Source: Tetramitus jugosus (Eukaryota; Protista; Heterolobosea). Taken from it: a stretch of DNA of 64,000 bases. The translations under genes were made by a program, and so were the position numbers. The notes below the pieces were generated by a model. It was not told the origin of the DNA. It was given only the letters and a program-made list of their open reading frames with translations, and ran no database searches. Each line of letters begins with the position of its first letter. Within the stretch, counting starts at the first letter, position 1. This document shows, piece by piece, positions 43,113-54,692 of the stretch. Where the stretch lies: positions 365,639-429,638 of the forward strand of contig OW569385.1 of assembly GCA_937625935.1 (NCBI GenBank). Direction: 5' to 3'.

Positions 43113-43982
43113 TTAGAATCTGTTTGTCCCAGCAGCCTCATTAACAAATTTGACGAGTCCTTCATAACTGTAACCTCCTGTGTACTCTTTGGCTTCCTTC
43201 TCAGTGGATTCAGACTTGTCAAAGAGCTTCAAGGTTGGATAGCCTTGGATTCCATACTTGTCACCAAGATCCGTATACTTGGCAGCATCAATCAGCGCAA
43301 AAATGATATCCTTGTCATTCTTGAAAAGCTCTGCAGCCTTTTCAAAATAAGGAGCATACTTCTTGCAGTATCCGCACCAAGGAGCATAGAAAGCAACGAG
43401 AACAGCCTTATCGGACTGCATGACAACACTGTCAAAATTAGCATCAGTCAATTCAACAGTATAGCTTGCTTGTGGAGTGAGTTCCAGAGAAGATCCAGTC
43501 TTCTCATTCAAAAATCGAACAAAGTCTTCCAATTTTCTCCCGCGAGAATATCTCTCGTAGCTGGCACCTCTTTTTGCAGATCCCGTGGTCGTTTCAGACT
43601 CTTTTTGCTTGTTGGCCAATTCCTTGGACGGTACGAACAAAATGGTTGGATATCCAGAAATGTCATAATTGGCACAAATTTCTCTCTCTTGTTGACAGTT
43701 GACCTTGGCGACTTGAACCAGGCTCTTGTCTTGTTCAGATGCTTGACTCAGAGCCATTCCCAATTTTGTCATCTCAGGAACCATGTTTTGACAGTGACTG
43801 CACCATGGTGCATAGAATTCAACAAGAGTCGATTTGGAGTCATCGAGCACATCAGGCACATTATCATTGGTGATATCAATGATACCTACAATGGGGGATT
43901 CAGGAGAATGAGCCAACACCAAGCTAATCAATAGAATAAAGGATAGCAACAGAGACAATCTGCGACAAGATGAATGGATCAT
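43113..43982 (-). CDS. protein disulfide isomerase with two thioredoxin domains (a-a')
   Basis: Signal peptide, FYAPWCSHC and FYAPWCGYC, and two GYPT motifs. Confidence 0.93.
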   Translation of the reverse strand: MIHSSCRRLSLLLSFILLISLVLAHSPESPIVGIIDITNDNVPDVLDDSKSTLVEFYAPWCSHCQNMVPEMTKLGMALSQASEQDKSLVQVAKVNCQQEREICANYDISGYPTILFVPSKELANKQKESETTTGSAKRGASYERYSRGRKLEDFVRFLNEKTGSSLELTPQASYTVELTDANFDSVVMQSDKAVLVAFYAPWCGYCKKYAPYFEKAAELFKNDKDIIFALIDAAKYTDLGDKYGIQGYPTLKLFDKSESTEKEAKEYTGGYSYEGLVKFVNEAAGTNRF

Positions 43983-44102
43983 GACTATAGATGAATAGGT
44001 TATTGTGTGAGTTTTTTGTTGTTGTTGTTTTGGAAGAGAATCAAAAACTTTTTTGTGAACATTGGAGATCAACGAACATCGAATCTACGAAAAACTGAAA
44101 CT

Positions 44103-45890
44103 TTATTCACTTTCTTGTTGATGATGATTCCGGACAGTGTCGTCTGGTTTCTTTGTGTCACTCAAAAAGTACTTGTCAGCAATGGATTGGTTTTTTTCTC
44201 GAGTTTCGAACCGTTTGAATCCGTCTCCCAGCTGAGGCCGACCTGCTTCAGTGTACCATTCGAGGGCAGTGTTGTAATTTCGAGCAATCTTGGTCATGAC
44301 ACCTTTGCATACCTTTTTGAATGTCCATGATGAGATAGCATTGTCGCCATCTAATCTTCCTCCCATATTCGAGGCAATGATATGAGTGATATGACACTTG
44401 CTCTCTTCTACCGTTTCAATGGTCGTCCAAGCATAGTTTCTCATCGTGATAACCTTTTCGTTTGTTGGTTCTGGTCTGTTCACCAACCCAAAATACTTGC
44501 TCCTTATAACTGGCTTATTCAATTCATAGTATGTCTTGGTGGATGGGTCGTAGATTGATGAGGAGCAAAAGTAGGATATCCGATCTTTCACAAAGGGCAG
44601 AGTAATATGTGTCGTGTGATTGAGGAGGATACTATGGAACATTTCTTGATTTCTAACCTCTTCTTCCTGGGGATCGTATACAGTATTCATATTGTCGTTG
44701 TCACCAATAGTCTGAAGATCATCATCTTCGCCAATATCATCCATTTCACCACATTCTCTCTTGCTATCCTTTCTATTTCCGAATATATCCATGTCTTCTT
44801 TGGGTTCCAGCAATAACATGTCAGCATATTCAGTTTCCAGAGAGAAAATCATGGCATGCTTTTCTGTACTGTACGTCAGATGATGTGCATCATAGGCAGA
44901 ACAATCGATATTGAAAAACACCTTGGTCAGTTTCATTTTCCCATACAGGTTCTCTGATTCTGTGTCTGCAACTCTCAGTTGACCTAAGAACAACATGATT
45001 GATTTCACATATTTTCCTTCAATTCTCTCTGTGTGAAACAATTCCCATTCAACCCCATCTCTGGATAAATTCTTAGCCATAACCACGTCTTTGCTTGAAA
45101 TGAACACTCTTTCTTCGTCCTTAACATTCAGTACGATTTGCTTTTGTTGAGACTTGTGTGTAGCAATTCTGTCTAAGTCACTCGGTTTCTTATATGTTTT
45201 ACGGGCGAACACCAGCCATGCTTCACTTCTCACAAACCGAACAAATGAGTCCTTTTCCATCGTTCTTAGAGTAGATGCCAATGCTGGTTGGAATATTTGA
45301 AAGGCTTCCATTGACAATGGATCGATAATACGATCTTTGTTCTCGTTCAATGCGGTCGAAGAAGAGGAAGACGACCCAGAGGTGTTCGAAATCGATAGAG
45401 AGACCCCACCCAGAATCAAAGGAAAATAGTACTGCCTATGGAGATTGAGCATCGTAGTTGTTGATGTATTGGTGTTAGATGTTGTGTTGTTCGTGGTATG
45501 ACGATTATCCGAAACGTTTGATGTCATTGATGTTTCACCATCGGCATCATGGTCATTTCCACCATAATTAGTGGTTATTTCGTCATTATTCATTACCAAG
45601 AACAAGTTTAATGCTTGTTCCACTGTTTTGCTCGTCTCTGCACTGACATTGATCTGTTGTCTGCTCAGATGAGAAAAGAATGTAGAGAAAATGGTCTTTG
45701 TCAACTGCCTTAGTACAGCCTTCTTATTTTCAAAGAGTATCGATTGGCAGCTCTCCCAGAACAACAGGCCCTCACTGTTGAATTCTCTCTGAAGAAATAG
45801 TTTGTACTGTTGCCGAGCGACAGAGTCACAAAGAATTTCGTTGAAATGGAACTGATATTCATGGATTTTTAGTTTCTTTTGCTTTACCAT
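44103..45890 (-). CDS. RGS + START-like domain protein
   Basis: FLQREFNSEGLLFWE..QINVS..DSFVRFVRSEAW, then a START-like LPFVKDR...CHITHIIASNMGG region. Confidence 0.8.
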   Translation of the reverse strand: MVKQKKLKIHEYQFHFNEILCDSVARQQYKLFLQREFNSEGLLFWESCQSILFENKKAVLRQLTKTIFSTFFSHLSRQQINVSAETSKTVEQALNLFLVMNNDEITTNYGGNDHDADGETSMTSNVSDNRHTTNNTTSNTNTSTTTMLNLHRQYYFPLILGGVSLSISNTSGSSSSSSTALNENKDRIIDPLSMEAFQIFQPALASTLRTMEKDSFVRFVRSEAWLVFARKTYKKPSDLDRIATHKSQQKQIVLNVKDEERVFISSKDVVMAKNLSRDGVEWELFHTERIEGKYVKSIMLFLGQLRVADTESENLYGKMKLTKVFFNIDCSAYDAHHLTYSTEKHAMIFSLETEYADMLLLEPKEDMDIFGNRKDSKRECGEMDDIGEDDDLQTIGDNDNMNTVYDPQEEEVRNQEMFHSILLNHTTHITLPFVKDRISYFCSSSIYDPSTKTYYELNKPVIRSKYFGLVNRPEPTNEKVITMRNYAWTTIETVEESKCHITHIIASNMGGRLDGDNAISSWTFKKVCKGVMTKIARNYNTALEWYTEAGRPQLGDGFKRFETREKNQSIADKYFLSDTKKPDDTVRNHHQQESE

Positions 45891-46231
45891 CTCTCGGTGA
45901 GTGATGTTTGTGTTGTTTTGTAGTTTGTGTGGTTTGGGTTTGCCCTGTCCTGATTTTGATCGAATTTGGTGAAATCCCTCGAGATACCCTGTTTTGGATT
46001 GGTGTAGAATATGGCAACTTGTCTTAGAATAACACACGACATCTTTCGCGAGAACACCGATTGAAGCAATAGATTTCGTTCATGAAACTTTCGCTGTACG
46101 AAACAAGTTATTCTTTTCCTGTGACGGAAAGTGGTTTGCTATATGAATGCATGACGAAAAGAGAAACAAGGAAGGAGGATTAATTTCATGGTGGTTCTTG
46201 CAAATGCTGTGTCTGCAACAGAATTATATTT

Positions 46232-48040
46232 TCAGGTATCCCTGGTTAAGGAGCTGTCTTCTCTCTTTAGGCCAGTTGTTTTATCTCTCGATGGTTGACG
46301 CAAGAATCTGAAGTGGCTATCATACAGTATCTCTTGTACTCGTACCTCCAATGTATCAAAAAGATCTGGTTGACCATATCCAGAAGAAATTTCAATTACT
46401 GCTTGTTGGAGTACAGATTCAGGCAAGTTAAGCTGCTTCGGTGATCCTTTCTTCAAATATGTATCCACAATCAACATTTGTTGTTCGACACGCTTCAGAA
46501 TATCTCCTCCCCTCTTGTATTCTCTCACGCTTAATACAAACTCCATATTTTCGTCACACATCTCTTTCTTGCAGAATAATCTAAAGTCCGATGCAAGTTC
46601 ACCATTTGCTAACGTTTCCTCGAGTAACGCAGCTTGTTTGTTTTGAAGGAATGGTTGGTTTTCAGTGTCTCGTTGACGGCCATTCTGATGATTCCTCGGA
46701 TTTTCGTGAAGAAGCGAGCCACTCTTTAGCACTAGTATGCAGAATGTAGTGTTGCATTCCTCTACACTGGAGCTAATTTCAACTTCGACGGAGCCCCATA
46801 TCTTATTGTCCAGAGCTGCTTTGAATTTGTTCGTCTTTGACTGGAATATTTCGTTCAAGTCGAGTGGAAGGTAATGGGAAAGATTCAGAGACTGACTGTT
46901 CAGCGAGCATATTTTCTCGAACGTAGTATTCCACTTCAAAATTTGTCCCTCTTTGTTAATAATGCATACTCCATCAGAAACCAAATTCAGAACTCTTCGA
47001 GTTTGGTGCTCTTCAAAAGATATTCTTTTGATCAGGCTGCTTAATTTATCGACAGAAGTTTGACTAACTTCCACTTTCTTCTTCTCATCATCCAGTTCCA
47101 AAGTGGTCTTTGCGATTAACAATAGTCTTTTTCGATTGGAAATGCTGGAAACCATTAACATGACAAAGCATGTAATCGTAGTGGCCAGTGTGACAACCAG
47201 GGTGATTTCATAGTTCGAGAGGGTGCTATTCTTGGAAAATGTTGTATCAGTGGGAACTGGCTTGTATGTGGCTGAAACCATTCCTATGTAATGGGTTCCA
47301 CAGATTGCTACTGCCGCTACCAAAGCACTCAAGGCTTGCTGATATTCGTTGGTCATGTTCATTGCTAACCACAAGCCCACACATGACACGATATAACCTG
47401 TAATAATGGAAGCGATTACCACACCTGGATTATACATAGCTTTTGCATTCTGTATTTCCATGGACATCATTCCAAGATAGTGCATAACTACTATTCCAGC
47501 TGTGCAGAAGAAGGCACCAAAAGCAATTTGAATGAAATGAGGTTTCGTCTCGTTTCCAAATATACTGTCCAACACTGCTTGTTTGGGAGGAATCATCTTT
47601 TCAATTCCTTTTCTTTCCTCTTTGTTATTCTGCTCAGTATTGGAATCAGATTTACAACGTAGGTACTTGGTTATCATGGGAAGAAATAGATGTATCGTTG
47701 TGATGAGTAGCCCACAGAAGCACAGCACAATTGCAGCTATAGCACTAGCAATTGTTAAGCCAACATGATAGTTTACAGATAGTGACTTCTTCTCTTTTGT
47801 CACAGAGTCGACCATTGTCATAGCAAAGCAAATACTGCCCACAAAATGCATAGAAAATACTGCGCATCCTCCGAAAGCTACACTGGAGAAAACGAGGTAG
47901 ATTAACTTGAGAATCTTTGACTGAATGTGTTTCATCTCCAGCATGAAAGAAAAGGTGGTGAACGCGCCTAGTACACTAATGAAATAACTCATTGTGACAA
48001 AGAGACCATTCGTGCTCACAGCAATAGAACTACTGGACAT
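46232..48040 (-). CDS. MHYT membrane sensor + PAS + RGS fusion protein
   Basis: SMHFVG, VMHYLGM and GTHYIGM within about 7 TMs. PAS motif DGVCIINKEGQILKWNTTFE. RGS motif FCKKEMCDENMEFV..PKQLNL..DSHFRF. Confidence 0.9.
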   Translation of the reverse strand: MSSSSIAVSTNGLFVTMSYFISVLGAFTTFSFMLEMKHIQSKILKLIYLVFSSVAFGGCAVFSMHFVGSICFAMTMVDSVTKEKKSLSVNYHVGLTIASAIAAIVLCFCGLLITTIHLFLPMITKYLRCKSDSNTEQNNKEERKGIEKMIPPKQAVLDSIFGNETKPHFIQIAFGAFFCTAGIVVMHYLGMMSMEIQNAKAMYNPGVVIASIITGYIVSCVGLWLAMNMTNEYQQALSALVAAVAICGTHYIGMVSATYKPVPTDTTFSKNSTLSNYEITLVVTLATTITCFVMLMVSSISNRKRLLLIAKTTLELDDEKKKVEVSQTSVDKLSSLIKRISFEEHQTRRVLNLVSDGVCIINKEGQILKWNTTFEKICSLNSQSLNLSHYLPLDLNEIFQSKTNKFKAALDNKIWGSVEVEISSSVEECNTTFCILVLKSGSLLHENPRNHQNGRQRDTENQPFLQNKQAALLEETLANGELASDFRLFCKKEMCDENMEFVLSVREYKRGGDILKRVEQQMLIVDTYLKKGSPKQLNLPESVLQQAVIEISSGYGQPDLFDTLEVRVQEILYDSHFRFLRQPSRDKTTGLKREDSSLTRDT

Positions 48041-48403
48041 TTGGTTTGGCGTGTTTGGGTGTTTGGAATCTCTTTGGAGGTATATGTTGGACTATTCTTT
48101 GGTTATCTGTTCAGGAGAGTTACTTTTTTTTATCCCATGATGACCCCCATCAACAACATCAACAACCACAAAAAAAGAAGCAACCATCAAGACGTCAGGG
48201 CTGTTAACCAGAAAGGAATGGATTTCTATGACCAAGAGGAGTAGTTATCTTCCATTTGGAATACCTGCGCACTCAGTGAATTGACCTCAGAAGGTTTATG
48301 GTCAAAACTTCTGATGTACTCTTTTCCCCTTCGCCATATTTCTTGGCACATCAAGAACTTGGCGGTTACTCAGTAGTGCTTTCACCAGTTGTCACTCGCA
48401 ATC

Positions 48404-49390
48404 ATGAATGTGTTAATGTCAGCCCAACTTCCACTCCACTACTCACTCCTCGTTTTTATTGCGTCCAATTCAGTCGTTATTTGTTAGTCTATAGGCGATA
48501 AGTTTTTGGAGGATTGAGACCTTCTATTCCGCCATCAAATGATTCTCAAGCAATGTTGCATTTCTTCTCACAGAGCAACACAACGAACATTCCTCTATCT
48601 GACATTCCCTCCATTGTGCAAGATTTTTACTCTCTTGCCACACGGTTGGGATACAGACACAACCAAACGACAGTATCGTTCGAAGAATATCCATACAAGT
48701 ATAGACTATTGGGATGACGTAAACACTGTAGAATTGAAACTTCTCTGACAAACGATTCATCGGCCGACCTTCTTCTTTTCCCCCGCCACACAGTTACTCT
48801 TCCACTCTCCCTTGAATACAACGCCTAATGCTCCTAAAAAGTGAGTTTGTGAACATGGATATCATGGTGATATTAGGACCTTGACATGTTCCATGCGATG
48901 AACATATCCTTTTATCAATGCTTGAATATCCGTGACAAAGATGATGCGAACAATTCATACCAGTATATCCTTCATTATATTTGCACGTATTTAAATCAAC
49001 ACATATCCCATGTCCAGAGCAAATGATTTCTTGATTCTTGGAATCTATGTCATAGCAGTTAAAAAGCCCTTACTCGCATGTTACTCCAAGGAACCCCATT
49101 GTATACAAATAAACTTGTTATACCCTGCTCGGTATCAACACTACATATTTACTGGTCCACCAAAATATGTAATGAAACAGAGGAATCATCTGAATTCCAT
49201 GTCTGCATTTACATGGTGTAGTGATCCATCTACATACAACACATGTACCAGATATTGCTCACCTAACTAACAGATACCAGACTTTTGTGTGATAGATCCA
49301 GTTGTTACCAACTGGGAAAACGGTAAAGCCAGTGGTCAAGGTATCTGGACAGATTGTTATTGCGAAATGAGCTACTCTGTCTGTAAGTAA
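48404..49390 (+). pseudogene. decayed secreted-protein gene
   Basis: A signal-like start (MSAQLPLHYSLLVFIASNSVVIC) is followed by stops and frameshifts. The Cys-rich end continues past an in-frame TAA at 49268 to ...GIWTDCYCEMSYSVCK*. Confidence 0.5.
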
Positions 49391-49526
49391 CATTCAATAT
49401 TTAGTAGTATGGGATGAAACAGCAAACGCGAATCGTCATAGCTTTGGACAGATTTTTTTTTTCACTTTTTGCAACCTGATGAGATACTCCGGTTCTATTA
49501 CCAACGCATCCAAACATACCTTTTAA

Positions 49527-51521
49527 ATGAACATCATGGCAGAGAATCAGCAGAACGGAGAGAGAAACAACATTGGTCAGGACCCTGACTTTTTTGAAAT
49601 TATTCCGAGAGACATGTTTCATTTGATTATGCAGTTCATTCCAGCTTTTCCCTTTTATTTCATGTTGAGGTCTGTGTGTCGACAATGGCTCTCTGAATTT
49701 CAAGACCATATTTATGCAAATGTTGATCATTTGAGTTTGGTGGATGATGGAAAGCCAAAGTATTATTTTAGAGTGGACAATGGTGGTCAACCGTCATTGG
49801 TGCAATTTAAACCAATTGCCTATATTGGAACAAATGTTCAATTGACTGATCAGTCATTGGACGATTCTCTTAATATTGATAAAACAGGTCTGTTTGAGAA
49901 ATTGGCCAATTTGTTTCCCAATGTGAAGCGCCTTCGATTGGGTCTGAGTTCTCTAGAATTGCCACATTTTGAACAATGTGTGAAGACAATGTTGCCAAAG
50001 TTTACTCAACTTGAAACATTGGATATTTTAGGAACTGTGAATTATAGTTCTCGAAATTTATATCAAGCAGTGCAGGCTGGACTTAAACTGGAGATGATTG
50101 TATGTTCGTTATCAAGTTCGACTCGTAACCTAAACCTCATTGGTATTTCGTTTGATGATACTGATGATGCATTGGGGAGGTTAAAGAAGTTTTCGGACAA
50201 GGGAAGACGATCAATGGCAGAATCGATGTCTCTCCCTTCAACATTGCAAAACAATGCACCATCTGTGAATATTCAGAAATTATCTGTGTCTTACCTGTTC
50301 TTGGATCAAATGAGTGTTGGTTTCAACATCAATGATTGGGAGTCTATCCAGGAGATGTACTCGCACTTTGATGTGTCAGTGGTTGAGTATTATCAACATT
50401 CATCGATCCTACCAGTTGAATCCTATGTTGATTATTTAGATTACATATCAAAGAAGGAAGAAGTGGTATGCAATCAACATTCATTGAGTCTACCAGTTGA
50501 AGAATCCTATGTCGATTACTTAAATTATATGTCAAAGAAGGAACAAGTGGTATTGTCCCACATAGGACACATCATTCGAAGAAACTCTGATGAAATCATT
50601 CAAGCAGTGATTGATATAACGGTGCGAGAGTATTCGCTTTTCCAACCACTTTTCTCTCTTTCAACAGCAACAAAAGTGGTGTTTCAACTCGCACCACGAA
50701 CCATTTTGAAATCAATGTTTGTGTTACAGCATATATTCTGGCCGAGTACACTTAGGTTGTTGACAGACCCGAGTCGAATGAGATATCCTGAATTGGTATT
50801 CAACATTGACAGTACCGTGGGGAGTGGATACTTGCTGTCATCTCTTCTCCGGAGGCTAATCTCACGATGTTTAATTGTTCAAATGTTGGATGTGATCAAG
50901 ACGACCATAGACACTTACAAAGCTTCTATGGCCATTAATGGTGTGCAAAACTATCTTGTGTCTGCGATTACTTATCTTCCATTCTCTCCTCTCCGAACTG
51001 ACTTGATGAAGTACTTGTTGTCAAAGGATCCCGAGTTAATCACTCTCGGAGATTTGAATGGAATCATTCGTGATGATCAAAAAGATTGTCCAATTATTCA
51101 AATGCTCCTCTCTCAATCTTACTCAGAAGAGTGTTTGGAGGATATAAAGTTCTTGGTATCAGCAGGAGCTTCACTCACACAAGCAGATAAGAATGGAAAC
51201 AATGTTCTTCACTCAGCTTGTCGAATGGCTGATATCAATTTATTGGAGTATCTCGCTTCAGTTTGTCCTGAGAGCTTAATGTTCGAAAGAAATAATAAGG
51301 GCGAAACTCCAATCGAGCTAATATTTTCAGGAAACTCTCATGATGGCGATGTCCAATTATTGTTCCTTCGAAAAGTTGTCAATCTACCTTTCTTCAATGA
51401 TGAAACGCTAAAAGATTATCAAACATCGCTTAGTGCTTTACTGAAAATTGCCTCTGATAGTCCTCATCTCGAAACAATCCAGTTGCTCCTGAAGAATGGT
51501 TTAGATACCAATGTGGAATGA
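49527..51521 (+). CDS. F-box + LRR-like + ankyrin-repeat protein (possibly 3'-truncated)
   Basis: F-box IIPRDMFHLIMQFI..LRSVCRQW. LRR-like FPNVKRLRL. Ankyrin motifs DKNGNNVLHSAC and NNKGETPIE. The ORF stops in the middle of a repeat. Confidence 0.8.
   Translation: MNIMAENQQNGERNNIGQDPDFFEIIPRDMFHLIMQFIPAFPFYFMLRSVCRQWLSEFQDHIYANVDHLSLVDDGKPKYYFRVDNGGQPSLVQFKPIAYIGTNVQLTDQSLDDSLNIDKTGLFEKLANLFPNVKRLRLGLSSLELPHFEQCVKTMLPKFTQLETLDILGTVNYSSRNLYQAVQAGLKLEMIVCSLSSSTRNLNLIGISFDDTDDALGRLKKFSDKGRRSMAESMSLPSTLQNNAPSVNIQKLSVSYLFLDQMSVGFNINDWESIQEMYSHFDVSVVEYYQHSSILPVESYVDYLDYISKKEEVVCNQHSLSLPVEESYVDYLNYMSKKEQVVLSHIGHIIRRNSDEIIQAVIDITVREYSLFQPLFSLSTATKVVFQLAPRTILKSMFVLQHIFWPSTLRLLTDPSRMRYPELVFNIDSTVGSGYLLSSLLRRLISRCLIVQMLDVIKTTIDTYKASMAINGVQNYLVSAITYLPFSPLRTDLMKYLLSKDPELITLGDLNGIIRDDQKDCPIIQMLLSQSYSEECLEDIKFLVSAGASLTQADKNGNNVLHSACRMADINLLEYLASVCPESLMFERNNKGETPIELIFSGNSHDGDVQLLFLRKVVNLPFFNDETLKDYQTSLSALLKIASDSPHLETIQLLLKNGLDTNVE
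50392..50553 (+). repeat. in-frame ~81-bp tandem duplication inside the F-box gene
   Basis: QHSSILPVESYVDYLDYISKKEEVV versus QHSLSLPVEESYVDYLNYMSKKEQVV. Confidence 0.9.
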
Positions 51522-51898
51522 ACGAATCGATAACAAAAAAGATACCAAGTCCATATCTCCAAAATTGGAATGGAAGAGAAATGTGATTCATGTACGTTAC
51601 GACTCTTACCACATTAATCTGATGCAGAAGCAGCGACACACCAATATGTTTTACTTGTCGTAGATGAAAACATCCTGGCACACTCCATTACAACGAAATG
51701 AAAAAAGTTTTGTGACTCTTCGCAACAGATTTGCCATTACGATAATGCCCAGGATTGGAAACGCGATTTTGCTTTTTGGATCATGCGTCCTGTGCAGATG
51801 AGCTCATTGTTGATTTAAAAGCGACCATTCAAAGGGTTCTGAATCGACAATAACAACAAACTAACATAATCCAATCTCAATACATACATATACGAATC

Positions 51899-53939
51899 AT
51901 GTCCACTAACATGAAGAAACATATTATTACTGTGGTGATGACCATTATGGCTTCACTCTTGCTCTTCTCTGTCACTTCCATCAATGCACAGTGCATTGGT
52001 GTCGCTGGTTACACTTCTGCCGACTGCCCTCAAGGAACTCTTCCAAACTCCACAACCATTATTGGATACTTTTCTGGTGATGCCTTCTATGAAGCTGGAA
52101 CGAGTACTACCACTATTCCAGGTGCCAGTATCTCTGCAGGTGGTAAGATTGGCAATTACTTCCACTCACAAGGAGCTCTGGTCTTGGACTTTGGACCTTC
52201 TTTCGTAGATGATGATGGAATCAATACCATCTCCTTCTTTGCAAAGGTTGAATCTGTACATAACTGGACCGCGAATCCAACAGTCCCGGTGGCTACTTTC
52301 AAAGCAGATGCCGGAACTCGTAGCATCACTATTCAATTGGTCTCTGCGACCCCCAACATCAATTTAGTTGTCAGTTACATTTCTGCAGTCAATGCTCATT
52401 ACAGATGGTGATGCACTACAGAGAATATTTGCCATTGATGCAACTGGTCACTTGTTTGGAGGTGATTTTGCCTACATTGATGAAGTTTCCGTTTGGAGCA
52501 ACTCTGTGCTCGAAGTCGATGTTCCAACTATTGCGGGTATCTATGCGAATGGTTATTGCACAGGTTGGGAATCACAATATGGTGGTCCAGATCCAATTTT
52601 CGCTGCTTCATATACCAATGATGTTCTTACCATTGATGTCACTGTTCCAAAGAACTCATATCAAACAGTGCTGTACAGAATTGACAACACACCTAACCTG
52701 AGAGATGTGTGTTTGACAAATGCAGACAGTTTTACAACCAGTGCTGGTGCTAGCTGGGCTGCTGATCCAGAGCAAAAGTGTAGTCAAACATTCTCTTTGA
52801 ATCAAACTCTGACTCAAATATACACTGGTGCTGCACCAAATCAGTGGGTTGTCTCTCTGACACAAGGAGGTAGAACCATTGATCAGAGATTGGATATTTA
52901 TGTCACGTACTCTGTCATCAACCCCAATGCATGTTACACTGTGTCTTCAAAGGTTACCATTACTCTTCAGACATATCTGACTGCCCAAGCCTCCACAAAC
53001 TTTACCACTTTGGATGATCAAGCATCATTTTCGATTACCAACATGTTCATCAACCAAAATAATCAATTGGAAATTGATAGTGCTCTGGTAAGGAAGCTTC
53101 CAGGTATCTCCTTCAACAACATTCTCCTCACTAGGATGGCCAATAGCATTTCATATACTGGTTCAAGCACTCAGTGTACCTATCCAACTGGAAACTCTTG
53201 TGCTCTGACATTCACCAAGGACTGGACACTGTTGAACAGTGGCCAGAGAGGTGTTGGTGGAGATCACTCTTTGACCTTTAACAGAGTGAATGGTGGTACC
53301 CTCGAGATTGATTTCACAATGAGCTACACTGTTCCAGCCCAACCTGCTATTATCTCAGGAGACACACTCTCCTCTGTCATCACATTCTCTGCTCCTGATT
53401 CTATTTTCAGAACACAGGACACAATGCATTTGACAAACCAATTGGATGGAACACCTACGCTGCCAACAAACTATGATTTCACCTTTGTTGAAGGATACTT
53501 TTGCTGTGTTCGTTCTCCAAATGCGTTGCCAGTTTATGGGGTGAATGGAAATGGTTGTCAAAGTGCAATCCTTGGTAGAAACAACATTGTTGAGAAGACA
53601 CATTTGCTCCTTGGTTCCACTGGTCTAACTGTGACACAAAAGGTCATTCAAAGATCATATTCTCTGGACCTGGTTTTGAACAACATGATCACAATGAGCA
53701 GAAAACCTTTGCAAAATCCATTACTTCTCTTCTCCAATTTCACTGACACTACACTGGCTAGATCTGTCAAAATGGTAGCCGATATTGATTTGCGTAGAGC
53801 CACTGTGACTACCACAAGTATTCTACTGCTTCATGACGATAAAACTACCAAATCCAACAACAGTAGCAAGGACAAGATCAATGCTTTATTGATTGCTATT
53901 TTGTCCGTTGTCTGTTCTGTTGCATCAATGTGGCTCTGA
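51899..53939 (+). pseudogene. cell-surface beta-rich glycoprotein gene split by a frameshift near 52370-52410
   Basis: ORF 51899-52411 has the signal peptide. Overlapping ORF 52368-53939 has LamG-like IDEVSVW and a C-terminal hydrophobic anchor. No convincing intron was found. Confidence 0.6.
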
Positions 53940-54020
53940 TCTTCACCAGAAAAACCAGCAGTGAGCCATCCAGCTTTAGAGACTGTTGAGATATGAAAAT
54001 GTTGTACAAAGGGTAGGATA

Positions 54021-54692
54021 TTAAAACTTATAATAATTCAATTTAAAAGGTAAATATTTTCTGGTTTCGTCGTTACTTCTGCCTCGATATGATTCTCCAT
54101 GCAATGAGGTCCTGTTTTGAGGGCTTGATTCGTCTGGGCTTTGTAGGTATGGCTTGTACTCTGAGCTTCTTGCTCTTTTGGCCGGTTGTTCATTGGTTGA
54201 ATGGGTATACACTTGTTGAAACCAAATGGCGGGTCCCATGTTATGCTGGTTATTATTAAATGAATAGACAATGTCATGTACAAATCTAGTGTCAAAATAC
54301 AAACTAATTTTCATTCCAGATGATGATTTGCACTTATGGGGTCATCATCATGAACTATATTGTTTTACTTGGTGAAAAGTTGATGGACAGCTGAGAGGAG
54401 AGACTGGAGCAACAGCAGCAGCACATCGCAAAACGCGTTACGACAAAGTCACAGGTCAGAAGATGTGTACATGAATGGTACTTACTTGAAGCGGGAAATT
54501 GTTGAGTACATGATTTTATTGATTAAAGAGGGTTGCTTCTAAACTACCAAGAGTCATTCTCTTCCCAATAACGAAAAAACCCATTCCTACACTCTTCAAC
54601 AATATCTCTCGTGCTTGCTTAGCTGCTTCTTGAGTCTCTTTCAGTGACGCGTTTGTCTGTGGAATCCATTTGTTTTGGTGTTGTTTACTCAT
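54021..54692 (-). pseudogene. probable degraded gene remnant
   Basis: ATG at 54692 (MSKQHQNKW...), a GTAAGT donor at 54485 and broken frames. Confidence 0.3.
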
